From Betaproteobacteria bacterium (GTDB taxonomy: Bacteria; Pseudomonadota; Gammaproteobacteria; Burkholderiales; CAIKXV01), in NCBI GenBank assembly GCA_947457885.1, contig CANGXU010000003.1:6147-70146 (forward strand): a stretch of DNA of 64,000 nt. The letters are read 5' to 3'. The notes beneath the pieces were generated by a model. It was not told the DNA's origin. It searched no databases and was given only the letters and a program-made list of their open reading frames with translations. Below, piece after piece: positions 28,180 through 39,400 of the stretch. How positions within the stretch are numbered: position 1 is the stretch's first letter; the number at the start of each line of letters is the position of its first letter. Position numbers and translations under genes: made by a program.

Positions 28180-29058
28180 TCAGCCCGCTGGCGAGCGCGC
28201 CTGTGGGCTGACGATCAGCGGCGGTGCCGTGCCCGTCGCTTGGGCCGGCGGCGATCGCGTGGTGCGCGGGTATCCATCGGCCGCCATCGAACCGCTGCGC
28301 ACGATCTCCAGCGATCCGTCCGCGTGCTCCACCAGCGCGGAGAGGCTCTCGACCCAGTCGCCGTCGTTGCAGTACAGGATGCCCTCGATCTCGCGGATCT
28401 CGGCATGGTGAATATGCCCGCAGACGACACCGTGCACGCCGCGCCGGTACGCCTCCCGCGCGAGCGCATGCTCGAAGTCGCTGACATAGCTCACGGCCCG
28501 CTTTACCCGCAGCTTCAGGTAGCTGGAAAGGCTCCAATAGGGCAAGCCGAGGCGGGCTCGCAGCCGGTTGAACCAGCGGTTGAGCCTGAGGATCAGCGTG
28601 TAGGAGGTGTCGCCCGCCAGGGCGAGCCATCGAGCGCACTGGACAACCCCGTCGAACAGGTCGCCGTGGGTGATCCACAGCCGTCGCCCGTCGGCCGTCA
28701 CGTGGACGCAGTCGTCCATCACGTCCACGCCGCCGAAGTTGTGCGCGACATAGCGCCGGGCGAACTCATCGTGGTTACCCGGTATGAAGATCACCCGCGT
28801 GCCCTTGCGCGCCTTGCGCAGGATCTTCTGGACCACGTCGTTGTGCGCCTGCGGCCAGTACCAGTTGCGGCGCAGCTGCCAGCCGTCGATGATGTCGCCG
28901 ACCAGATACAGCGTCTCGCATTCGGTCGTGCGCAGGAACTCGAGCAATGCCGTCGCCTCGCAGCCGGGCGTGCCCAGGTGCAGGTCCGAGATCCACACCG
29001 TGCGGTAGGTGCGTTCGCCGGTGGCGGGGGCTTCGCTTCCTTTGGGCGGTGCATGCAT
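28180..29058 (-). CDS. LpxH-like calcineurin-type metallophosphoesterase (PlcP-like candidate)
   Basis: VWISDLHLGT...LYLVGDIIDGW...IPGNHDE...VCGHIHH metallophosphoesterase motifs, and the W-x-LRRNWYWPQAHNDVVQKIL insert. An alternative GTG start is at 28998. Confidence 0.8.
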   Translation of the reverse strand: MHAPPKGSEAPATGERTYRTVWISDLHLGTPGCEATALLEFLRTTECETLYLVGDIIDGWQLRRNWYWPQAHNDVVQKILRKARKGTRVIFIPGNHDEFARRYVAHNFGGVDVMDDCVHVTADGRRLWITHGDLFDGVVQCARWLALAGDTSYTLILRLNRWFNRLRARLGLPYWSLSSYLKLRVKRAVSYVSDFEHALAREAYRRGVHGVVCGHIHHAEIREIEGILYCNDGDWVESLSALVEHADGSLEIVRSGSMAADGYPRTTRSPPAQATGTAPPLIVSPQARSPAG

Positions 29059-29082
29059 GGCTCCGGAATTTACGGAGTCATG

Positions 29083-29101
29083 ATGACGTCGGCATGACGT
29101 C
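29083..29101 (-). promoter_or_regulatory. 11-bp-phased direct repeats GACGTCAT-gcc-GACGTCAT (Pho-box-like) upstream of the LpxH/PlcP-like gene
   Basis: Minus strand reads GACGTCATgccGACGTCATcatGACTCCGT, then TAAATT (29067-29072) 10 nt after the second repeat and 8 nt before the ATG at 29058. Confidence 0.35.
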
Positions 29102-29128
29102 CCGGGGAAAGTTCCGCGCGGGCGGCCG

Positions 29129-30679
29129 TTACAGCAGCTTGCGCACCTCCGATGAGGTGACCACCTGGCCTTCGCGCGCGAACCGCTCGTGGTTGTCGTC
29201 GATGTGCGGTAGCCGGTACAGGTAGTTCACCATCACCCCGGCCGACTGCGCGATGCCCTTGGTCGAGGTGTCGGCCAGCCAGTTCAGGCGCTCCAGTCGT
29301 GCGCCGTTGGACAGGTGGAAGCGCGCGACCGGGCAGTGTGGCCGGTCGCCGGCCTTGGCCTCGGTGAGGTAGTGCGCAACGGTGCGCAGCACGAACGGCT
29401 TCAGCAGGTCGGACAGGGACGGGTCGTTGGCACGTGCGACGAAGTCGATCGCGCGGTTGAGCGCCGCTGCGCCCAGTGGCTCGTGGAAGGTGGCCTCGAA
29501 CGTCTTGAGTTCGCGTTCGCGCAGGCCTGCGGTGATCACGGTGTCGTCGGCCTTCCTGAGCCAGCTGCGCAAGGCCGGGATCGGCGACAGCGTCGAGAAC
29601 TGGCGCAGCTGCGGCAGGTCGCGCTGCAGCGCCGACACCACCCGCTTGATCAGGAAGTTGCCGAAGCTCACGCCGCGCAGGCCGGCCTGCGTGTTCGATA
29701 TCGAATAGAACATCGCGGTGTCGGCCTCGCGCGGATCGAACTCGCGGCGCGTCTCGTCGAGCAGTACCTGCACGTTGTCGGCCAGCCCGCGGGTGAGCGC
29801 AACCTCGACGAAGATCAGCGGCTCGAGCGGCATGCGCGGATGGAAGAACGCATAGCACCGGCGGTCGGAGTCGAGCCGGTTGCGCAGGTCGTTCCAGGAG
29901 CGGATCTCGTGTACCGCCTCGTAGGCGATCAGCTTCTCGAGCAGCGACGCAGGAGAGTCCCAGGTGATGCGGTCGAGCGACAGGAAGCCTACGTCGAACC
30001 AGCTCTGCAGCAGCAGTTCGAGGTCGCGGTCGATCGCGGCCAGCGCCGGCTCGCGCGGCAGATGGCGCAGCACATCGGCGCGCAGGTCGACCAGGAACTT
30101 GGTGCCGGACGGCAGTGCGTTGAACTGGCGCAGGATCACGTTGCGCCGCGTGCGCACCGCCTCGCGCAGTTCGACCTCGGCCAGCGGCTGCGCGCTGCTG
30201 CCTGTCGAACGCTGCCACTCGGCGACCGCCGCGGCGACTCGCGCCGGGTCCGCGCCGAATTCGGTGGAAAGCAGCTTGAGTACATCGAGCCGGCTCGCAT
30301 CGTCGAGCCGCAGGTAGGTGTCGCCGATCTGTGCGGCGCGGGTACGTGCCGAGGCCTCGCCGCCGCGCTCGATCGCGCATTCGTTCAGTGTGTCGCGGAT
30401 GCGGTCGAGCGAGCGCCGGCTCATGCCGCCGGTGCCCGGGTGCCCGATCTCGTCCACCGAGCGGGCGAGGCGCGACCACAGCGAGCGCACCCGGCGCAGG
30501 CTGGCGTTGAGCAGCCCGTCCTCGGCCCGGGCCGGTGGCCGGTCGGCAGGCCCGGCGACCGGGGCGACGGGGCCTGGCTGCGCAAGGACGGCGTCGCTCG
30601 CCATGTCAGGGGTGGCCGCCATGGCAGTTGCCCCGGACGCAGGCGTTTCGATTCTGGATCGGGGGGCGGTCGGGGGCAT
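29129..30679 (-). CDS. malonyl-CoA decarboxylase
   Basis: LLEKLIAYEAVHEI...CYAFFHPRMPLEPLIFVEVAL...FYSISNTQ.GLRGVSFGNFLIK matches the MCD catalytic domain pattern. The start is uncertain (several in-frame ATGs). Confidence 0.8.
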   Translation of the reverse strand: MPPTAPRSRIETPASGATAMAATPDMASDAVLAQPGPVAPVAGPADRPPARAEDGLLNASLRRVRSLWSRLARSVDEIGHPGTGGMSRRSLDRIRDTLNECAIERGGEASARTRAAQIGDTYLRLDDASRLDVLKLLSTEFGADPARVAAAVAEWQRSTGSSAQPLAEVELREAVRTRRNVILRQFNALPSGTKFLVDLRADVLRHLPREPALAAIDRDLELLLQSWFDVGFLSLDRITWDSPASLLEKLIAYEAVHEIRSWNDLRNRLDSDRRCYAFFHPRMPLEPLIFVEVALTRGLADNVQVLLDETRREFDPREADTAMFYSISNTQAGLRGVSFGNFLIKRVVSALQRDLPQLRQFSTLSPIPALRSWLRKADDTVITAGLRERELKTFEATFHEPLGAAALNRAIDFVARANDPSLSDLLKPFVLRTVAHYLTEAKAGDRPHCPVARFHLSNGARLERLNWLADTSTKGIAQSAGVMVNYLYRLPHIDDNHERFAREGQVVTSSEVRKLL

Positions 30680-30896
30680 GGCGCAGGGGGATCCGGACGG
30701 GCCTGACAGCCTACCCGATTACCGTGGCAAGCTCGCTCAGGTCGAGATGAAGTTCGTGCAACGAACCCTTATCGGCAGCGATAACGGCTGTTCAAGGCCC
30801 GCTTGCCGCCCGCCCGCGGGCACGGATCGCCCGCGGTATGCATCGGTTTTCCGATTCCGGACGGAAACCGGCTATGATTCAGCGGCTTACTGCGCC

Positions 30897-31847
30897 ATGC
30901 GAGTCTTACGATCCATCCCTTCGACTGCCGCGCGTCCGGTTGCACTGACCATCGGCAATTTCGATGGGGTACACCTGGGCCATCGCGAAATGTTGCGTCG
31001 CCTGCGCGATGCGGCCGACGCTCGCGGTCTTCCGGCGGCGGTACTCACGTTCGAGCCGCATCCTCGCGAGTTCTTCGCGCCTGACCAGGCGCCCCTCCGG
31101 CTCACCGGGCTGCGCGACAAGCTGCGCCTGCTGTCCGATTGCGGCGTCGACGAGGTGTACGTCTGCCGTTTCGACTATCGGCTGGCCCAGATGCTGCCCG
31201 AGGACTTCATCGAGCGCATCCTGGTGCGCGGCCTCGCGGCGCGCTGGGTCCTGATCGGCGACGATTTCCGGTTCGGCGCACGGCGGGCCGGTGACGCCGG
31301 TACGTTGCGGGCTGCTGCAGCACGCCATGCCGGCACCCCGACTGCGTTCGAACTTGAGGGGTTGTCGAGCTTCCTCGTCGACCGCCTGCGCGTGTCGAGC
31401 ACCGCGGTGCGCGAGGCGCTGTCGGCCGGGGACATGCGGCTGGCCCGCTTGCTGCTGGGCGCGCCTTACGCGATCAGCGGGCGCATCGTGCATGGCGACA
31501 AGCTCGGCCGCGAACTCGGATTCCCGACCGCGAACGTCTGGGTGCCGAGGGCGCACCTGCCGCTGGCAGGCATCTTCGCGGTGAGCGTGGCCGGGCTGGC
31601 CGATCGTCCGTGGCCCGGCGTAGCCAGCCTTGGGGTACGCCCGACGGTGAAGGCAAACGGCCGCACGACCCTCGAGGTCCACCTGTTCGACTTCTCCGGC
31701 GATGTCTACGGCAGGCAGGTGAAGGTCGATTTCCTGCACAAGCTGCGCGACGAGGCGAAGTACGACGGGCTGCCGGCACTGATCCGGCAGATCGGCATCG
31801 ACTGCGAGCAGGCGCGTGCCTGGCTCGCCGCGGCAAACCTGATGTGA
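30897..31847 (+). CDS. ribF: bifunctional riboflavin kinase / FMN adenylyltransferase
   Basis: ATG at 30897. [18 protein letters not shown]...[10 protein letters not shown]...GFPTAN...LEVHLFDF. Confidence 0.95.
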   Translation: MRVLRSIPSTAARPVALTIGNFDGVHLGHREMLRRLRDAADARGLPAAVLTFEPHPREFFAPDQAPLRLTGLRDKLRLLSDCGVDEVYVCRFDYRLAQMLPEDFIERILVRGLAARWVLIGDDFRFGARRAGDAGTLRAAAARHAGTPTAFELEGLSSFLVDRLRVSSTAVREALSAGDMRLARLLLGAPYAISGRIVHGDKLGRELGFPTANVWVPRAHLPLAGIFAVSVAGLADRPWPGVASLGVRPTVKANGRTTLEVHLFDFSGDVYGRQVKVDFLHKLRDEAKYDGLPALIRQIGIDCEQARAWLAAANLM

Positions 31848-31854
31848 TGGCGAG

Positions 31855-34743
31855 ATGAGCGAAGAAAAGCGGAACGAAGACAAGCGCAGCGACTGCAAGG
31901 TCGACTACAAGAAGACGCTGAACCTGCCCGACACGCCATTCGCGATGCGTGGCGACCTCGCGAAGCGCGAGCCGTCGATGCTGGCCGCCTGGCAGCAGCG
32001 CGGCCTGTACCAGCGCATCCGCGAGGCGAGCCTCGGCCGCCCGCGCTTCACGCTGCACGATGGCCCGCCTTATGCCAACGGCGACATCCATATCGGGCAT
32101 GCGGTGAACAAGGTGCTCAAGGACATCGTGGTCAAGAGCCGTACGCTGGCCGGCTTCGACGCGCCCTACGTGCCGGGCTGGGACTGCCATGGCATGCCGA
32201 TCGAGGTACAGATCGAGAAGACGCACGGCAAGAACCTGCCGACCGAGCAGACCCAGAAACTCGCGCGTGCGTACGCCGCCGAGCAGGTCGAGCGCCAGAA
32301 GAAGGATTTCATCCGGCTGGGCGTGTTCGGCGAATGGGACAATCCCTATACGACCATGAACCCGCGCAACGAGGCGGACGAGATCCGCGCGCTGGGCACG
32401 TTGCTGCAGAAGGGCTACGTGTACCGCGGGCTGAAGCCGGTCAACTGGTGCTTCGACTGCGGCTCGGCACTGGCCGAGGCCGAGATCGAATACGAAGATC
32501 GCACCGACACGGCCGTCGACGTCGGCTTCGCCTTCGCATCCGCCGAGCGCGGCAGGCTCGCTTCGGCATTCGGACTGCCGGCCCTGCCCGACAAGCCCGG
32601 CCGGATCGTCATCTGGACCACGACCCCCTGGACGCTGCCGGCGAATCAGGCGCTCAACGTGCACCCGGAGTTCTCGTATGCGCTGGTCGACGCCGGCGCG
32701 TCGCTGCTGATCCTCGCCGCCGACCGTGTCGAGGCCAACCTCCAGCGTTACGGCCTCGCCGGGCAGGTCATCGCCACGGCCGAGGGCGCGAAGCTCGAGA
32801 ACATCGCCTTTTCGCACCCGTTCGCCGACCGGCTGTCGCCGGTCTACCTCGCCGACTATGTGACGCTCGAGACCGGCACCGGCATCGTGCACGCGGCACC
32901 GGCCTACGGGGTAGAAGACTTCCAGGCATGCCGCCGCTACGGAATGAAAGACGACGATATCCTCACGCCGGTGATGGGCGACGGCAAGTACGTGTCGACG
33001 CTCGAGGCGTTCGGCGGCCTGATGATCTGGAAGGCCAACCCGCTGATCGTCGAGCGGCTGCGCGCCAATGGCGCGCTGCTGCACGAGGACCGCAAGCACG
33101 TGCACAGCTACATGCACTGCTGGCGCCACAAGACACCCGTGATCCTGCGCGCGACCACGCAGTGGTTCGCGGCGATGGACGAGGCCCCGGGTTACGGCGG
33201 TGCCAGGCCATCCGAGGCGCTGCGTACGACCGCGCTGCGCGGCATCGAGGCGACGCAGTTCTTCCCGGCCTGGGGCAAGGCGCGGTTGCACGCGATGATC
33301 GCGAACAGGCCCGACTGGACGCTGTCGCGTCAGCGGCAGTGGGGCGTGCCGATGCCCTTCTTCGTGCATCGCGAGACGGGTGCCCTGCATCCGCGCACGC
33401 CGGAGCTGCTCGAGGCAGTGGCAAAGGCTGTGGAGCAGGGCGGCATCGAAGCATGGCAGCGGCTGAATACCGACGACCTGCTCGGCGCGGACGCGGCGTC
33501 GTACGAGAAGATCAAGGACACGCTCGACGTCTGGTTCGATTCCGGCTCCACGCACCAGACGGTGCTCGGCGGTCCGCGCGCGGCGGGCGGGGCACCGGGA
33601 TCGCATCGGAGCGAGACCGGCTTTCCCGCCGACCTCTACCTCGAGGGTTCGGACCAGCACCGCGGGTGGTTCCACTCCTCGCTGCTGGTGTCGTGCATGA
33701 TGAACGGCACCCCGCCGTACAAGGCCCTGCTCACCCACGGCTTCGTGGTGGACGGCGCCGGCCGCAAGATGAGCAAGTCGAAGGGCAACGTGGTCGCGCC
33801 GCAGCAGGTGGTTGATTCGCTGGGCGCCGACGTGCTCAGACTCTGGATCGCCGCGACCGATTATTCCGGCGAACTGTCGATCTCGCAGGAGATCCTCAAG
33901 CGCGTCGTCGAATCGTACCGGCGGGTACGCAACACGATCCGCTTCCTGCTCGCCAACGTCGACGACTTCGATCCCGCACAACATGCCGTGCCTATGGCGC
34001 AGCGGGTCGAGATCGACCGCTACGCGGCGGTGATGCTCGAGCGGTTGCGCGTCGCTGTCGCCGCCGATTACGAGCGCTACGAGTTTCACCTGGCCATGCA
34101 GCGGCTGCTCCACTTCTGCTCTGAAGACCTCGGCGCGTTCTACCTCGATATCCTTAAGGACCGTCTGTACACGACCGCGCCAGGCTCGCACGCGCGCCGC
34201 TCGGCACAGAGCGCACTGCAAGAGATCGCGCACACGCTGCTGCAACTGTTCTCGCCGGTGCTGACCTTCACCGCCGACGAAGCCTGGGCGGTGCTCGCGC
34301 GCGATCCGGCATCGACGGTGTTCACGACGACGTGGTCGCCGGCTGCCGATACGCCGGATGATCCGGCGCTCGAAGCGCGCTGGGCATCGGTGCGCGAGGT
34401 GCGGGCGCTCGTGCTGAAGGAGCTCGAGGCGCTGCGTACCGCCGGCAGCATCGGTTCCGGCCTGGCGGCCGAAGTCGAGGTGCATGCGGCTGGCGCCGCC
34501 CACGATGCCCTTGCCGCGCTCGGCGAAGACCTGCGTTTCGTGTTCATCACCTCGGGTGCCAGGGTCGTGCGTGCCGATGGCGGGGTCGGCCCTGCGGTGG
34601 CTGCGGTGCCGAGTACCGGGGCGAAGTGCGCCCGCTGCTGGCACTACCGCAGCGACATCGGCAGCTATGCCGGGCATCCCGATGTCTGCGGCCGCTGCGC
34701 CGGCAACCTGGCTGGCACCGGAGAAATCCGTGTCCATGCCTGA
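31855..34743 (+). CDS. ileS: isoleucine--tRNA ligase
   Basis: [16 protein letters not shown] (HIGH) and KMSKSKGN (KMSKS). C-terminal Zn knuckle CARCWHY...CGRC. Length 962 aa. Confidence 0.97.
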   Translation: MSEEKRNEDKRSDCKVDYKKTLNLPDTPFAMRGDLAKREPSMLAAWQQRGLYQRIREASLGRPRFTLHDGPPYANGDIHIGHAVNKVLKDIVVKSRTLAGFDAPYVPGWDCHGMPIEVQIEKTHGKNLPTEQTQKLARAYAAEQVERQKKDFIRLGVFGEWDNPYTTMNPRNEADEIRALGTLLQKGYVYRGLKPVNWCFDCGSALAEAEIEYEDRTDTAVDVGFAFASAERGRLASAFGLPALPDKPGRIVIWTTTPWTLPANQALNVHPEFSYALVDAGASLLILAADRVEANLQRYGLAGQVIATAEGAKLENIAFSHPFADRLSPVYLADYVTLETGTGIVHAAPAYGVEDFQACRRYGMKDDDILTPVMGDGKYVSTLEAFGGLMIWKANPLIVERLRANGALLHEDRKHVHSYMHCWRHKTPVILRATTQWFAAMDEAPGYGGARPSEALRTTALRGIEATQFFPAWGKARLHAMIANRPDWTLSRQRQWGVPMPFFVHRETGALHPRTPELLEAVAKAVEQGGIEAWQRLNTDDLLGADAASYEKIKDTLDVWFDSGSTHQTVLGGPRAAGGAPGSHRSETGFPADLYLEGSDQHRGWFHSSLLVSCMMNGTPPYKALLTHGFVVDGAGRKMSKSKGNVVAPQQVVDSLGADVLRLWIAATDYSGELSISQEILKRVVESYRRVRNTIRFLLANVDDFDPAQHAVPMAQRVEIDRYAAVMLERLRVAVAADYERYEFHLAMQRLLHFCSEDLGAFYLDILKDRLYTTAPGSHARRSAQSALQEIAHTLLQLFSPVLTFTADEAWAVLARDPASTVFTTTWSPAADTPDDPALEARWASVREVRALVLKELEALRTAGSIGSGLAAEVEVHAAGAAHDALAALGEDLRFVFITSGARVVRADGGVGPAVAAVPSTGAKCARCWHYRSDIGSYAGHPDVCGRCAGNLAGTGEIRVHA

Positions 34744-35317
34744 AGCTGGCGGCTGGCGCGGGCGTATCGGCGCGGCCCTGTCGCGCTGGACGCTGAAGGA
34801 CTGGCTCGGCAGTGCCTTCGCGCTGGTCGTCGTCGACCAGATCGTGAAGGTGCTGGTGCTTCAGTGGCTTAGCAGCGGCCGCGTGGTCGAGGTCGCGCCG
34901 TTCATGAACCTCGTGCTGGTCTACAACCCGGGCGCGGCGTTCAGCTTCCTCGCGGGTGCCTCCGGATGGCAACGCGAGTTCTTCGTCGGCGTGGCGCTGG
35001 TCGCCTCGGGCTGGATCACGTGGATGCTCCACCGCCACCCCGGGCGCGTACTGTTCTGCGCTGCGCTGACGCTCATCCTCGGCGGCGCAGTCGGAAACCT
35101 GATCGACCGGCTGTGGCTGGGCGCGGTAATCGACTTCCTCGATTTTCATGTGCTCGGCTACCATTGGCCCGCGTTCAATGTCGCCGATTCCGCGATCAGC
35201 ATCGGTGCCGTCCTGCTGGTCTGGGATGCCTTCCAGCCCGTGGACGACACGCCGGAGGCGGGCGGGTCCGCCGTCACCGGCGGTTCGGCCTCGGACACCG
35301 GGGCACCGAAGCTATAA
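34736..35317 (+). CDS. lspA: lipoprotein signal peptidase II
   Basis: The ATG at 34736 overlaps the ileS 3' end by 8 nt. [14 protein letters not shown] and NLIDRL..G.VIDFLDF...WPAFNVADS. Confidence 0.93.
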   Translation: MPEAGGWRGRIGAALSRWTLKDWLGSAFALVVVDQIVKVLVLQWLSSGRVVEVAPFMNLVLVYNPGAAFSFLAGASGWQREFFVGVALVASGWITWMLHRHPGRVLFCAALTLILGGAVGNLIDRLWLGAVIDFLDFHVLGYHWPAFNVADSAISIGAVLLVWDAFQPVDDTPEAGGSAVTGGSASDTGAPKL

Positions 35318-35347
35318 TCGTGGTCCCGAGGCAGAGGAGTCCCGAAC

Positions 35348-36307
35348 GTGTCCAAGCAGGTCATCCTGGCCAACCCGCGCGGCTTCTGCGCCGGCGTCGA
35401 CCGAGCGATCGAGATCGTCGAGCAGGCGCTGGTCGCGCACGGGGCACCGGTCTACGTGCGGCACGAGGTCGTGCACAACAAGTATGTCGTCGACGACCTG
35501 CGCACCAAGGGTGCGGTGTTCATCGAAGACCTTGAATCCGTGCCGCGCGGCAGCACCGTCGTGTTCAGCGCGCACGGGGTTTCGCTCGAGGTCCGGCAGC
35601 AAGCCGAGCTGCTCGGCCTGAACGTCTTCGACGCCACCTGCCCGCTCGTCACTAAGGTGCATGTCGAGGTGGCGAAGATGCGCGCACAGGGCCGCGAGAT
35701 CGTGATGATCGGCCATCGCGGCCATCCCGAGGTCGAGGGCACCATGGGGCAGGCCGACGGAGGCATGCACCTCGTCGAGTCGGTCGAGGACGTCGCCCGG
35801 CTGTCGGTCGCCGATTCGGACAATCTTGCCTATGTCACCCAGACCACGCTGTCCGTGGACGATGCGCGCGGCATCACGCTGGCGCTCTCGGCACGTTTCC
35901 CGAAGATCATCGGCCCGAAGAAAGACGATATCTGCTACGCGACCCAGAACCGGCAGGACGCGGTGAAGAAGCTGTCGGCGGATTGCGACCTGATGATCGT
36001 CGTCGGTTCGCCCAACAGTTCCAACTCGAACCGCCTGCGCGAGGTTGCCGCCAATGCCGGGATTCCCGCCTACCTCGTCGACCGGGCGAGCGAAGTGAAG
36101 GCCGAGTGGCTGGCGGGTCGTGAGCGCATCGGCGTCACTGCCGGCGCTTCTGCACCCGAAGTGCTGGTTCGGGAAGTGGTCGACCGTCTGCGTTCGTTCG
36201 GCGGCGTCGAACTGATCGAACAGACCGGCATCGAAGAGCACGTCACCTTCCCGTTGCCGAAGAACCTGACCCTCGCAGCCGAAGCCGCCCGAGCCACGCG
36301 GCGCTGA
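35348..36307 (+). CDS. ispH: 4-hydroxy-3-methylbut-2-enyl diphosphate reductase
   Basis: GTG start. [32 protein letters not shown] and SSNSNRL motifs. Length 319 aa. Confidence 0.95.
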   Translation: MSKQVILANPRGFCAGVDRAIEIVEQALVAHGAPVYVRHEVVHNKYVVDDLRTKGAVFIEDLESVPRGSTVVFSAHGVSLEVRQQAELLGLNVFDATCPLVTKVHVEVAKMRAQGREIVMIGHRGHPEVEGTMGQADGGMHLVESVEDVARLSVADSDNLAYVTQTTLSVDDARGITLALSARFPKIIGPKKDDICYATQNRQDAVKKLSADCDLMIVVGSPNSSNSNRLREVAANAGIPAYLVDRASEVKAEWLAGRERIGVTAGASAPEVLVREVVDRLRSFGGVELIEQTGIEEHVTFPLPKNLTLAAEAARATRR

Positions 36308-36324
36308 TCGATATCGATCAGCGC
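36301..36324. repeat. perfect 24-nt palindrome spanning the ispH stop codon
   Basis: GCGCTGATCGAT|ATCGATCAGCGC, read directly. The TGA at 36305-36307 lies inside the left arm. Confidence 0.9.
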
Positions 36325-36365
36325 TGAGCCCCGCTCGGCACTGCATCGTCGCTCGCAACTGCAGA

Positions 36366-36388
36366 CCGCGCGGTATCGCGCCGCGCGG
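36366..36388. terminator. GC hairpin between the convergent ispH and pilY1-A genes
   Basis: CCGCGCGG-tatcgcg-CCGCGCGG. The octamer is self-complementary, giving an 8-bp stem. No T-run on either side. Confidence 0.3.
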
Positions 36389-36400
36389 CCTGTCTGCCTG

Positions 36401-39400
36401 TCAGATCTGCGGCTCGGTGTACCAGTACACGCGCGTGGCGGCCCCCAGCGTCAACTGCTGCCGACTGAATAGTCTGGAGTCGGCCGCAGCCACGAAGAAC
36501 ACCCGGCGCGCCGCGGGGGTAGTGCCCGGCAGCACGATCAGCTGGCCGCTCGTACCATAACCTCGGTTGATGAAGTTCGAGTAGTACCGTGACATGCTGG
36601 TCGAGGTCACCGGGATCACGTAGGCCCCGAGCAGGTCCAGTTCGTTCAACCGGCTCAACCCGGGGGGCATGCAGGCGTTCACCTGCGCGATCGGCGTGTA
36701 GCTGCCGAAGCGGATTCTTCCGAAGAACACCGTCGGTTCACTGGTCACCTTCTCACCCGTATCGAGTACGCGATACCACCCCTTCGCGGTGGGGGTGGTG
36801 ATCAGTGCGGTCTCGGTAGCACCCGCTTCGGTCGAACCCAGGTTGATGAGGTCGCCTGCCAGAAGCGAAACGACCGAGGTGGAGGTCGCGTACAGACCGT
36901 AATCCGGGTCCTTGATCATCGCGATCACGTCGGTGGATGTGGCCTTCAGCGGGTTCTCGCGATTGCCGGTGCCGACGATCACCGCGTCGTAACGCACGCC
37001 GAGCCGCAGTTGCTTGACCGCCGCCGGCGGGAAGAAGATACGCCGGTCAGTGGGCGTGGTGGTCGCGAGCGTGGCCAGCAGCCTGCCGCTCCAGAGGCTC
37101 TTGTCCGCATTGCCGATGTCGAACCGCCAGACCTGGCCACCCATGTCTCCGACGTAGATCCGGTCGAGAAAACTGTTTCCGTCCAGGTCGGTGTCTAGCG
37201 CGGCAAGGTCGGAAGGGATGCTGAAGGACATGGATCCGCCGGTCACCAGCGGGTTCGAGTTGCTGAACGACGCCTCCAGACTGCCCGTGCGGGCGTTCAC
37301 CACGAACACGGCACGCCCCATCGTGTCGGCAGCCGTCGTCGGCCGGTTGTCCTGGTTCGGATCGTAGCCGCCGCCGAACAGAAGCACCGGGTCGGAGACC
37401 GCGCGTACCCGGCCGACGGTCGGGGTCGACCAGCTCTGGCCGAGTTGCGCGTAGGCGGTCGACGCGCTGCAGCTGCCCGCTCCGCAGATCTGCGTCGGCG
37501 TGATCTTCCACATGAAGCGGGGCGCGTTGACGTCGGTGATGTCCAGCGCGTAGTACGCGCGTCCGCCGCGCCGCAATCCGAAGAAGAGCCAGACCGAATC
37601 GGTACCGTCGACCACTCCGTTCCGGTTCGCGTCGTTGATCCGCACGACCGGCGAGCCGTCGGCAACGTAGATCTGTTCGCCGGTGGCGTTGGCCATCAGC
37701 GCCGCGAGCTGCGGCAGCGCCTCCTCGACGAGGAAGGTCCACTTTTCGGCCCCGGTGTTGGCGTCCACCGCATGGATGTAGCCCGCGCTCGACGCGTAGT
37801 AGAGATACTGCGCCGGCGGCGACGCGCCCGGGTTGTAGGTAACCAGCGCCGGGCGAGAATGCTGGACATCGCCGTGCGCCCACGACCGCCATGCGGTGCA
37901 GGCCGTCGCGGCGTTCGCGTCCGCACACGCCGCGTCTCCCGTGTTGCCGCCACGTGTCCAGTTCAGGATCGTGGAGCGCTGGGCATCGCTCATCGATGCA
38001 TTGCCGAGCAGTGTCTTGGTCAGATCGGCATTGTCTTCGGAGACAGCATTGCTCGAATGGGTTAGGTCTGCGTTGGTAGCGGTCGACAGGCGCGTGTAGA
38101 CCTTGCGCGTCGACGGGTTGTAGCCGGTGGTGTTGAGCAGCTGGTAACCGGTACCGCCGCTGTCCGGCTTGCCGGCATCGCGCAAGGTCGACGGTCCCCA
38201 GAAGCTGGAGGCATTCGGGTCCACCGTGGCGCTCTCGAGTCCGGTGATCGGATCCGTCTCGATCTTCTCGATATTCTTCGTGTTCGTACCGGACAGCACG
38301 GTCTGGCCGATCAGGCACAGGTCGGTGATGCCCGGCCCGCAAACGCCGGGTTCCGCGAGCGGATCCCCGAGCATGAATTTCTTGACCGTGCCGGTCCACG
38401 TCTGGGTGACCGAAGCCCTGAAGAACGACAGGTAAACGTCGGTCGAGTTGGTGGTGCGGTTGAGCGCCGAGATCGGCACCGTCGGCGAGGATACCGTCGG
38501 GTTCCAGTCGCGGATGGATACCAGTGCGTTGAGCAGCGCCGTCTTCAACTGGGCGCTGTCCTCGGCCACGTAGTACTGTCCGCCGGACTTCTGTGCCGCG
38601 TTCTGGAGAACCGGCGAACTCGCGCCGGCGAAGCCGATCGTGTAGGTGACCGCCGACTGCCTGCCCAGGATCCGGTCGGTGGTCGTCTCGCCAGCGAAAT
38701 TGATTGCGCCGGGACTGATGTCCGCGCGCGACATGAAGTAGGTAAGCTCGTCCAGCCAGACGTAGCCCCCGTCGGCCGAGGTGCCGGCCAGGTCGGTCGG
38801 TCCGAACGGCGTACCCGGGCTGACTTCGAATTGTTCCGAGGTGGTGTCCGCGTTGGTCTCGTCGGGAACGGTTCGCGGAGAGACGACGCCACCAGGTGTG
38901 CCGGTCCAGGTCATGTTCTTCACGCCGCGGCTCGGCGAGCCCGGCAGCGTGTTCGCCGCCGAGTCATCCTCGGGACCGCCGTCGGTGAGCAGAATGATGT
39001 AGTTCTTCTGGCAGCCTGCCGGCGCGGTGGTGGTGGGATTGTTCAGCATCGGCGATCGATAGACGCCGATCGACGGACAATCAGCCGAGATCGCCGTGCA
39101 TACGGCGGTCGTGTCGCGCCCCTGTGTGACTGTGCCGCCGGCCAGCGCGGTGGCCGTACTGGTACCCCATTGCGGGGTGCGCCCGGCGTAGTAGAGGTAG
39201 GCCTCGTACAAAGCTTCGGTCATGGGCGTACGCGCCGAGGCGGTGGTGCCCAGAATCGCGTTGACCAGTGCACTCCGGTTCGCGAAGTCGGCATCGGACG
39301 AGTTGGAGCCCATCCGGCGCATCGCAAACGCGACGTTCGCACCATCGCTGGCCAGCGTGCTGCTGGTACGGTTGAACACCATCAGCCCGAGGCGCATGCC

